From Eledone cirrhosa (taxonomy: Eukaryota), in assembly GCA_964016885.1 (NCBI GenBank), contig OZ024759.1, positions 5,766,001-5,830,000 on the forward strand: a DNA stretch of 64,000 nucleotides. The letters are read 5' to 3'. A model generated the notes under the pieces. It had not been told where the DNA came from. It did no database searches and was given only the letters and a program-made list of their open reading frames with translations. This document shows positions 26,760 to 38,200 of this stretch, piece after piece. Numbering within the stretch: the stretch's first letter is position 1; each line of letters starts with the position of its first letter. The position numbers and the translations under genes were made by a program.

Positions 26760-29700
26760 AAGTAACTCCACTGTTGGTGAGAATTCATTTAAGTTCATGG
26801 TATTAGCTGTCAGAAGGAACTCCAATGTTGGTGAGAATTCATTTAAGTCATGGTACTAGCTGTCAGAAGTAACTCCACTGTTGGTGGGAATTCATTTAAG
26901 TTCATGGTATTAGCTGTCAGAAGGAACGCCACTGTTGGTGAGAATTCATTTAAGTTCATGGTATTAGTTGTCAGAAGTAACTCCACTGTTGGTGAGAATT
27001 CATTTAAGTTCATGGTACTAGCTGTCAGAAGTAACTCCAATGTTGGTGAGAATTCATTTAAGTTCATGGTATTAGCTGTCAGAAGGAACTCCACTGTTGG
27101 TGAGAATTCATTGAAGTTCATGGTATTAGCTGTCAGAAGTAACTCCACTGTTGGTGAGAATTCATTTAAGTCATGGTACCAGCTGTCAGAAGTAACTCCA
27201 CTGTTGGTGAGAATTCATTTAAGTTCATGGTATTAGCTGTCAGAAGGAACTCCACTGTTGGTGAGAATTCATTTAAGTTCATGGTACTAGCTGTCAGAAG
27301 TAACTCCACTCTTGGTGAGAATTCATTTAAGTTCATGGTATTAGTTTGTCAGAAGTAACTCCACTGTTGGTGAGAATTCATTTAAGTCATGGTATTAGTT
27401 GTCAGAAGTAACTCCAATGTTGGTGAGAATTCATTTAAGTCATGGTACTAGCTGTCAGAAGTAACTCCAATGTTGGTGAGAATTCATTTAAGTTCATGGT
27501 ATTAGCTGTCAGAAGGAACTCCACTGTTGGTGAGAATTCATTTAAGTTCATGGTATTAGCTGTCAGAAGTAACTCCACTGTTGGTGAGAATTCATTTAAG
27601 TTCATGGTACTAGCTGTCAGAAGTAACTCCACTGTTGGTGAGAATTCATTTAAGTTCATGGTATTAGTTTGTCAGAAGTAACTCCACTGTTGGTGAGAAT
27701 TCATTTAAGTCATGGTATTAGCTGTCAGAAGTAACTCCAATGTTGGTGAGAATTCATTTAAGTTCATGGTATTAGCTGTCAGAAGTAACTCCACTGTTGG
27801 TGAGAATTCATTTAAGTTCATGGTACTAGCTGTCAGAAGTAACTCCACTGTTGGTGAGAATTCATTTAAGTTCATGGTATTAGCTGTCAGAAGGAACTCC
27901 AATGTTGGTGAGAATTCATTTAAGTCATGGTACTAGCTGTCAGAAGTAACTCCACTGTTGGTGAGAATTCATTTAAGTTCATGGTATTAGCTGTCAGAAG
28001 GAACGCCACTGTTGGTGAGAATTCATTTAAGTTCATGGTATTAGCTGTCAGAAGTAACTCCACTGTTGGTGAGAATTCATTTAAGTTCATGGTACTAGCT
28101 GTCAGAAGTAACTCCATTGTTGGTGAGAATTCATTTACGTCATGGTACTAGCTGTCAGAAGTAACTCCACTGTTGGTGAGAATTCATTTAAGTTCATGGT
28201 ATTAGTTTGTCAGAAGTAACTCCAATGTTGGTGAGAATTCATTTAAGTTCATGGTATTAGCTGTCAGAAGGAACTCCACTGTTGGTGAGAATTCATTTAA
28301 GTTCATGGTATTAGTTTGTCAGAAGTAACTCCACTGTTGGTGAGAATTCATTTAAGTCATGGTATTAGTTGTCAGAAGTAACTCCAATGTTGGTGAGAAT
28401 TCATTTAAGTTCATGGTACTAGCTGTCAGAAGTAACTCCACTGTTAGTGAGAATTCATTTAAGTTCATGGTATTAGCTGTCAGAAGTAACTCCACTGATG
28501 GTGAGAATTCATTAAAGTCAAGGTATTAGCTGTCAGAAGTAACTCCATTGTTGGTGAGAATTCATTTAAGTCATGGTACTAGCTGTCAGAAGTAACTCCA
28601 CTGTTGGTGAGAATTCATTTAAGTTCATGGTACTAGCTGTCAGAAGTAACTCCACTGTTGGTGAGAATTCATTTAAGTTCATGGTATTAGCTGTCAGAAG
28701 GAACTCCAATGTTGGTGAGAATTCATTTAAGTCATGGTACTAGCTGTCAGAAGTAACTCCACTGTTGGTGGGAATTCATTTAAGTTCATGGTATTAGCTG
28801 TCAGAAGGAACGCCACTGTTGGTGAGAATTCATTTAAGTTCATGGTATTAGTTGTCAGAAGTAACTCCACTGTTGGTGAGAATTCATTTAAGTTCATGGT
28901 ACTAGCTGTCAGAAGTAACTCCAATGTTGGTGAGAATTCATTTAAGTTCATGGTATTAGCTGTCAGAAGGAACTCCACTGTTGGTGAGAATTCATTGAAG
29001 TTCATGGTATTAGCTGTCAGAAGTAACTCCACTGTTGGTGAGAATTCATTTAAGTCATGGTACTAGCTGTCAGAAGTAACTCCACTGTTGGTGAGAATTC
29101 ATTTAAGTTCATGGTATTAGCTGTCAGAAGGAACTCCACTGTTGGTGAGAATTCATTTAAGTTCATGGTACTAGCTGTCAGAAGTAACTCCACTCTTGGT
29201 GAGAATTCATTTAAGTTCATGGTATTAGTTTGTCAGAAGTAACTCCACTGTTGGTGAGAATTCATTTAAGTCATGGTATTAGTTGTCAGAAGTAACTCCA
29301 ATGTTGGTGAGAATTCATTTAAGTCATGGTACTAGCTGTCAGAAGTAACTCCAATGTTGGTGAGAATTCATTTAAGTTCATGGTATTAGCTGTCAGAAGG
29401 AACTCCACTGTTGGTGAGAATTCATTTAAGTTCATGGTATTAGCTGTCAGAAGTAACTCCACTGTTGGTGAGAATTCATTTAAGTTCATGGTACTAGCTG
29501 TCAGAAGTAACTCCACTGTTGGTGAGAATTCATTTAAGTTCATGGTATTAGTTTGTCAGAAGTAACTCCACTGTTGGTGAGAATTCATTTAAGTCATGGT
29601 ATTAGCTGTCAGAAGTAACTCCAATGTTGGTGAGAATTCATTTAAGTTCATGGTATTAGCTGTCAGAAGTAACTCCACTGTTGGTGAGAATTCATTTAAG

Positions 29701-30195
29701 TTCATGGTACTAGCTGTCAGAAGTAACTCCACTGTTGGTGAGAATTCATTTAAGTTCATGGTATTAGCTGTCAGAAGGAACTCCAATGTTGGTGAGAATT
29801 CATTTAAGTCATGGTACTAGCTGTCAGAAGTAACTCCACTGTTGGTGAGAATTCATTTAAGTTCATGGTATTAGCTGTCAGAAGGAACGCCACTGTTGGT
29901 GAGAATTCATTTAAGTTCATGGTATTAGCTGTCAGAAGTAACTCCACTGTTGGTGAGAATTCATTTAAGTTCATGGTACTAGCTGTCAGAAGTAACTCCA
30001 TTGTTGGTGAGAATTCATTTACGTCATGGTACTAGCTGTCAGAAGTAACTCCACTGTTGGTGAGAATTCATTTAAGTTCATGGTATTAGTTTGTCAGAAG
30101 TAACTCCAATGTTGGTGAGAATTCATTTAAGTTCATGGTATTAGCTGTCAGAAGGAACTCCACTGTTGGTGAGAATTCATTTAAGTTCATGGTAT
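26760..30195. repeat. Duplication ~26760-28310 vs ~28644-30195 (offset 1884 bp) with a ~330-bp unduplicated spacer
   Basis: Markers GGTGGGAATTC, CATTGAAG, CACTCTTGG and TTTACGTCATG are in register. ORF pairs 26850/28734, 27442/29326, 27712/29596 and 27927/29811. Confidence 0.9.
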
Positions 30196-31639
30196 TAGCT
30201 GTCAGAAGTAACTCCACTGTTGGTGAGAATTCATTTAAGTCATGGTATTAGCTGTCAGAAGTAACTCCAATGTTGGTGAGAATTCATTTAAGTTCATGGT
30301 ATTAGCTGTCAGAAGTAACTCCACTGTTGGTGAGAATTCATTTAAGTTCATGGTATTAGCTGTCAGAAGTAACTCCACAGTTGGTGAGAATTCATTTAAG
30401 TTCATGGTACTAGCTGTCAGAAGTAACTCCACTGTTGGTGAGAATTCATTTAAGTTCATGGTATTAGCTGTCAGAAGTAACTCCAATGTTGGTGAGAATT
30501 CATTTAAGTTCATGGTATTAGCTGTCAGAAGTAACTCCACTGTTGGTGAGAATTCATTTAAGTTCATGGTATTAGCTGTCAGAAGTAACTCCACTGTTGG
30601 TGAGAATTCATTTAAGTTCATGGTACTAGCTGTCAGAAGTAACTCCACTGTTGGTGAGAATTCATTTAAGTTCATGGTATTAGTTTGTCAGAAGTAACTC
30701 CACTGTTGGTGAGAATTCATTTAAGTCATGGTATTAGTTGTCAGAAGTAACTCCAATGTTGGTGAGAATTCATTTAAGTTCATGGTACTAGCTGTCAGAA
30801 GTAACTCCACTGTTGGTGAGAATTCATTTAAGTTCATGGTATTAGCTGTCAGAAGTAACTCCACTGTTGGTGAGAATTCATTTAAGTCATGGTATTAGCT
30901 GTCAGAAGTAACTCCATTGTTGGTGAGAATTCATTTAAGTCATGGTACTAGCTGTCAGAAGTAACTCCACTGTTGGTGAGAATTCATTTAAGTTCATGGT
31001 ACTAGCTGTCAGAAGTAACTCCACTGTTGGTGAGAATTCATTTAAGTTCATGGTACGAGCTGTCAGAAGTAACTCCACTGTTGGTGAGAATTCATTTAAG
31101 TTCATGGTATTAGCTGTCAGAAGTAACTCCACTGTTGGTGAGAATTCATTTAAGTTCATGGTATTAGCTGTCAGAAGGAACTCCAATGTTGGTGAGAATT
31201 CATTTAAGTCATGGTACTAGCTGTCAGAAGTAACTCCACTGTTGGTGGGAATTCATTTAAGTTCATGGTATTAGCTGTCAGAAGGAACGCCACTGTTGGT
31301 GAGAATTCATTTAAGTTCATGGTATTAGCTGTCAGAAGTAACTCCACTGTTGGTGAGAATTCATTTAAGTTCATGGTACTAGCTGTCAGAAGTAACTCCA
31401 ATGTTGGTGAGAATTCATTTAAGTTCATGGTATTAGCTGTCAGAAGGAACTCCACTGTTGGTGAGAATTCATTTAAGTTCATGGTATTAGCTGTCAGAAG
31501 TAACTCCACTGTTGGTGAGAATTCATTTAAGTTCATGGTACTAGTTGTCAGAAGTAACTCCACTGTTGGTGAGAATTCATTTAAGTTCATGGTATTAGTT
31601 GTCAGAAGTAACTCCAGTGTTGGTGAGAATTCATTTAAG

Positions 31640-34600
31640 TCATGTTATTAGTTGTCAGAAGTAACTCCAATGTTGGTGAGAATTCATTTAAGTTCATGGT
31701 ACTAGCTGTCAGAAGTAACTCCACTGTTGGTGAGAATTCATTTAAGTTCATGGTATTAGCTGTCAGAAGGAACTCCACTGTTGGTGAGAATTCATTTAAG
31801 TTCATGGTACTAGCTGTCAGAAGTAACTCCACTGTTGGTGAGAATTCATTTAAGTTCATGGTATTAGTTTGTCAGAAGTAACTCCACTGTTGGTGAGAAT
31901 TCATTTAAGTCATGGTATTAGTTGTCAGAAGTAACTCCAATGTTGGTGAGAATTCATTTAAGTCATGGTACTAGCTGTCAGAAGTAACTCCAATGTTGGT
32001 GAGAATTCATTTAAGTTCATGGTATTAGCTGTCAGAAGGAACTCCACTGTTGGTGAGAATTCATTTAAGTTCATGGTATTAGCTGTCAGAAGTAACTCCA
32101 CTGTTGGTGAGAATTCATTTAAGTTCATGGTACTAGCTGTCAGAAGTAACTCCAATGTTGGTGAGAATTCATTTAAGTTCATGGTATTAGCTGTCAGAAG
32201 TAACTCCACTGTTGGTGAGAATTCATTTAAGTCATGGTATTAGCTGTCAGAAGTAACTCCAATGTTGGTGAGAATTCATTTAAGTTCATGGTATTAGCTG
32301 TCAGAAGTAACTCCACTGTTGGTGAGAATTCATTTAAGTTCATGGTATTAGCTGTCAGAAGTAACTCCACTGTTGGTGAGAATTCATTTAAGTTCATGGT
32401 ATTAGCTGTCAGAAGTAACTCCAATGTTGGTGAGAATTCATTTAAGTTCATGGTATTAGCTGTCAGAAGTAACTCCACTGTTGGTGAGAATTCATTTAAG
32501 TTCATGGTATTAGCTGTCAGAAGTAACTCCACTGTTGGTGAGAATTCATTTAAGTTCATGGTACTAGCTGTCAGAAGTAACTCCACTGTTGGTGAGAATT
32601 CATTTAAGTTCATGGTATTAGCTGTCAGAAGTAACTCCACTGTTGGTGAGAATTCATTTAAGTTCATGGTATTAGCTGTCAGAAGTAACTCCACTGTTGG
32701 TGAGAATTCATTTAAGTTCATGGTACTAGCTGTCAGAAGTAACTCCACTGTTGGTGAGAATTCATTTAAGTTCATGGTATTAGTTTGTCAGAAGTAACTC
32801 CACTGTTGGTGAGAATTCATTTAAGTCATGGTATTAGTTGTCAGAAGTAACTCCAATGTTGGTGAGAATTCATTTAAGTCATGGTACTAGCTGTCAGAAG
32901 TAACTCCAATGTTGGTGAGAATTCATTTAAGTTCATGGTATTAGCTGTCAGAAGGAACTCCACTGTTGGTGAGAATTCATTTAAGTTCATGGTATTAGCT
33001 GTCAGAAGTAACTCCACTGTTGGTGAGAATTCATTTAAGTTCATGGTACTAGCTGTCAGAAGTAACTCCAATGTTGGTGAAAATTCATTTAAGTTCATGG
33101 TATTAGCTGTCAGAAGTAACTCCACTGTTGGTGAGAATTCATTTAAGTCATGGTATTAGCTGTCAGAAGTAACTCCAATGTTGGTGAGAATTCATTTAAG
33201 TTCATGGTATTAGCTGTCAGAAGTAACTCCACTGTTGGTGAGAATTCATTTAAGTTCATGGTATTAGCTGTCAGAAGTAACTCCACTTTTGGTGAGAATT
33301 CATTTAAGTTCATGGTATTAGCTGTCAGAAGTAACTCCACTGTTGGTGAGAATTCATTTAAGTTCATGGTATTAGCTGTCAGAAGTAACTCCACTGTTGG
33401 TGAGAATTCATTTAAGTTCATGGTATTAGCTGTCAGAAGTAACTCCACTGTTGGTGAGAATTCATTTAAGTTCATGGTATTAGCTGTCAGAAGTAACTCC
33501 ACTGTTGGTGAGAATTCATTTAAGTTCATGGTATTAGCTGTCAGAAGTAACTCCACTGTTGGTGAGAATTCATTTAAGTTCATGGTACTAGCTGTCAGAA
33601 GTAACTCCACTGTTGGTGAGAAATCATTTAAGTTCATGGTATTAGTTTGTCAGAAGTAACTCCACTGTTGGTGAGAATTCATTTAAGTCATGGTATTAGT
33701 TGTCAGAAGTAACTCCAATGTTGGTGAGAATTCATTTAAGTTCATGGTACTAGCTGTCAGAAGTAACTCCACTGTTGGTGAGAATTCATTTAAGTTCATG
33801 GTATTAGCTGTCAGAAGTAACTCCACTGTTGGTGAGAATTCATTTAAGTCATGGTATTAGCTGTCAGAAGTAACTCCATTGTTGGTGAGAATTCATTTAA
33901 GCCATGGTACTAGCTGTCAGAAGTAACTCCACTGTTGGTGAGAATTCATTTAAGTTCATGGTATTAGCTGTCAGAAGGAACTCCACTGTTGGTGAGAATT
34001 CATTTAAGTTCATGGTATTAGCTGTCAGAAGTAACTCCACTGTTGGTGAGAATTCATTTAAGTTCATGGTACTAGTTGTCAGAAGTAACTCCACTGTTGG
34101 TGAGAATTCATTTGAGTTCATGGTATTAGTTGTCAGAAGTAACTCCACTGTTGGTGAGAATTCATTTAAGTCATGGTATTAGTTGTCAGAAGTAACTCCA
34201 ATGTTGGTGAGAATTCATTTAAGTTCATGGTACTAGCTGTCAGAAGTAACTCCACTGTTGGTGAGAATTCATTTAGGTTCATGGTATTAGCTGTCAGAAG
34301 TAACTCCACTGTTGGTGAGAATTCATTTAAGTCATGGTATTAGCTGTCAGAAGTAACTCCATTGTTGGTGAGAATTCATTTAAGTCATGGTACTAGCTGT
34401 CAGAAGTAACTCCACTGTTGGTGAGAATTCATTTAAGTTCATGGTATTAGCTGTCAGAAGGAACTCCACTGTTGGTGAGAATTCATTTAAGTTCATGGTA
34501 CTAGCTGTCAGAAGTAACTCCACTGTTGATGAGAATTCATTTAAGTTCATGGTATTAGTTTGTCAGAAGTAACTCCACTGTTGGTGAGAATTCATTTAAG

Positions 34601-37600
34601 TCATGGTATTAGTTGTCAGAAGTAACTCCAATGTTGGTGAGAATTCATTTAAGTTCATGGTATTAGCTGTCAGAAGTAACTCCACTGTTGGTGAGAATTC
34701 ATTTAAGTTCATGGTACTAGCTGTCAGAAGTAACTCCAATGTTGGTGAGAATTCATTTAAGTTCATGGTATTAGCTGTCAGAAGTAACTCCTCTGTTGGT
34801 GAGAATTCATTTAAGTCATGGTATTAGCTGTCAGAAGTAACTCCAATGTTGGTGAGAATTCATTTAAGTTCATGGTATTAGTTGTCAGAAGTAACTCCAG
34901 TGTTGGTGAGAATTCATTTAAGTCATGGTATTAGTTGTCAGAAGTAACTCCAATGTTGGTGAGAATTCATTTAAGTTCATGGTACTAGCTGTCAGATGTA
35001 ACTCCACTGTTGGTGAGAATTCATTTAAGTTCATGGTATTAGCTGTCAGAAGGAACTCCACTGTTGGTGAGAATTCATTTAAGTTCATGGTACTAGCTGT
35101 CAGAAGTAACTCCACTGTTGGTGAGAATTCATTTAAGTTCATGGTATTAGTTTGTCAGAAGTAACTCCACTGTTGGTGAGAATTCATTTAAGTCATGGTA
35201 TTAGTTGTCAGAAGTAACTCCAATGTTGGTGAGAATTCATTTAAGTCATGGTACTAGCTGTCAGAAGTAACTCCAATGTTGGTGAGAATTCATTTAAGTT
35301 CATGGTATTAGCTGTCAGAAGGAACTCCACTGTTGGTGAGAATTCATTTAAGTTCATGGTATTAGCTGTCAGAAGTAACTCCACTGTTGGTGAGAATTCA
35401 TTTAAGTTCATGGTACTAGCTGTCAGAAGTAACTCCAATGTTGGTGAGAATTCATTTAAGTTCATGGTATTAGCTGTCAGAAGTAACTCCACTGTTGGTG
35501 AGAATTCATTTAAGTCATGGTATTAGCTGTCAGAAGTAACTCCAATGTTGGTGAGAATTCATTTAAGTTCATGGTATTAGCTGTCAGAAGTAACTCCATA
35601 GTTGGTTAGAATTCATTTAAGTTCATGGTATTAGCTGTCAGAAGTAACTCCACTGTTGGTGAGAATTCATTTAAGTTCATGGTATTAGCTGTCAGAAGTA
35701 ACTCCACTGTTGGTGAGAATTCATTTAAGTTCATGGTATTAGCTGTCAGAAGTAACTCCACTGTTGGTGAGAATTCATTTAAGTTCATGGTATTAGCTGT
35801 CAGAAGTAACTCCAATGTTGGTGAGAATTCATTTAAGTTCATGGTATTAGCTGTCAGAAGTAACTCCACTGTTGGTGAGAATTAATTTAAGTTCATGGTA
35901 TTAGCTGTCAGAAGTAACTCCACTGTTGGTGAGAATTCATTTAAGTTCATGGTACTAGCTGTCAGAAGTAACTCCACTGTTGGTGAGAATTCATTTAAGT
36001 TCATGGTATTAGCTGTCAGAAGTAACTCCACTGTTGGTGAGAATTCATTTAAGTTCATGGTAATAGCTGTCAGAAGTAACTCCACTGTTGGTGAGAATTC
36101 ATTTAAGTTCATGGTATTAGTTTGTCAGAAGTAACTCCACTGTTGGTGAGAATTCATTTAAGTCATGGTATTAGTTGTCAGAAGTAACTCCAATGTTGGT
36201 GAGAATTCATTTAAGTCATGGTACTAGCTGTCAGAAGTAACTCCAATGTTGGTGAGAATTCATTTAAGTTCATGGTATTAGCTGTCAGAAGGAACTCCAC
36301 TGTTGGTGAGAATTCATTTAAGTTCATGGTATTAGCTGTCAGAAGTAACTCCACTGTTGGTGAGAATTCATTTAAGTTCATGGTACTAGCTGTCAGAAGT
36401 AACTCCAATGTTGGTGAAAATTCATTTAAGTTCATGGTATTAGCTGTCAGAAGTAACTCCACTGTTGGTGAGAATTCATTTAAGTCATGGTATTAGCTGT
36501 CAGAAGTAACTCCAATGTTGGTGAGAATTCATTTAAGTTCATGGTATTAGCTGTCAGAAGTAACTCCACTGTTGGTGAGAATTCATTTAAGTTCATGGTA
36601 TTAGCTGTCAGAAGTAACTCCACTGTTGGTGAGAATTCATTTAAGTTCATGGTATTAGCTGTCAGAAGTAACTCCACTGTTGGTGAGAATTCATTTAAGT
36701 TCATGGTATTAGCTGTCAGAAGTAACTCCACTGTTGGTGAGAATTCATTTAAGTTCATGGTATTAGCTGTCAGAAGTAACTCCACTGTTGGTGAGAATTC
36801 ATTTAAGTTCATGGTATTAGCTGTCAGAAGTAACTCCACTGTTGGTGAGAATTCATTTAAGTTCATGGTATTAGCTGTCAGAAGTAACTCCACTGTTGGT
36901 GAGAATTCATTTAAGTTCATGGTACTAGCTGTCAGAAGTAACTCCACTGTTGGTGAGAATTCATTTAAGTTCATGGTATTAGTTTGTCAGAAGTAACTCC
37001 ACTGTTGGTGAGAATTCATTTAAGTCATGGTATTAGTTGTCAGAAGTAACTCCAATGTTGGTGAGAATTCATTTAAGTTCATGGTACTAGCTGTCAGAAG
37101 TAACTCCACTGTTGGTGAGAATTCATTTAAGTTCATGGTATTAGCTGTCAGAAGTAACTCCACTGTTGGTGAGAATTCATTTAAGTCATGGTATTATCTG
37201 TCAGAAGTAACTCCATTGTTGGTGAGAATTCATTTAAGCCATGGTACTAGCTGTCAAAAATAACTCCACTGTTGGTGAGAATTCATTTAAGTTCATGGTA
37301 TTAGCTGTCAGAAGGAACTCCACTGTTGGTGAGAATTCATTTAAGTTCATGGTATTAGCTGTCAGAAGTAACTCCACTGTTGGTGAGAATTCATTTAAGT
37401 TCATGGTACTAGTTGTCAGAAGTAACTCCACTGTTGGTGAGAATTCATTTAAGTTCATGGTATTAGTTGTCAGAAGTAACTCCACTGTTGGTGAGAATTC
37501 ATTTAAGTCATGGTATTAGTTGTCAGAAGTAACTCCAATGTTGGTGAGAATTCATTTAAGTTCATGGTACTAGCTGTCAGAAGTAACTCCACTGTTGGTG

Positions 37601-38200
37601 AGAATTCATTTAAGTTCATGGTATTAGCTGTCAGAAGTAACTCCACTGTTGGTGGGAATTCATTTAAGTCATGGTATTAGCTGTCAGAAGTAACTCCATT
37701 GTTGGTGAGAATTCATTTAAGTCATGGTACTAGCTGTCAGAAGTAACTCCACTGTTGGTGAGAATTCATTTAAGTTCATGGTATTAGCTGTCAGAAGGAA
37801 CTCCACTGTTGGTGAGAATTCATTTAAGTTCATGGTACTAGCTGTCAGAAGTAACTCCACTGTTGATGAGAATTCATTTAAGTTCATGGTATTAGTTTGT
37901 CAGAAGTAACTCCACTGTTGGTGAGAATTCATTTAAGTCATGGTATTAGTTGTCAGAAGTAACTCCAATGTTGGTGAGAATTCATTTAAGTTCATGGTAT
38001 TAGCTGTCAGAAGTAACTCCACTGTTGGTGAGAATTCATTTAAGTTCATGGTACTAGCTGTCAGAAGTAACTCCAATGTTGGTGAGAATTCATTTAAGTT
38101 CATGGTATTAGCTGTCAGAAGTAACTCCTCTGTTGGTGAGAATTCATTTAAGTCATGGTATTAGCTGTCAGAAGTAACTCCAATGTTGGTGAGAATTCAT
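31640..38200. repeat. Two-copy ~3.3-kb unit (offsets 3283 then 3337 bp) with long pure-consensus runs and an internal ~916-bp repeat
   Basis: ORF pairs 31642/34925 and 31965/35248 (3283); 32881/36218, 33904/37241, 34387/37724 and 34603/37940 (3337); 31965/32881 (916). Shared GTGAAAATT, AAGCCATGG, GTTGATGAG and CTCCTCTG. Confidence 0.87.

Noticed and set aside
36569-36585. CENP-B box-like motif around CTGTTGGTGAGAA
   Set aside because: Only GTTGG resembles the box (YTTCGTTGGAARCGGGA). Both essential CpGs are missing.
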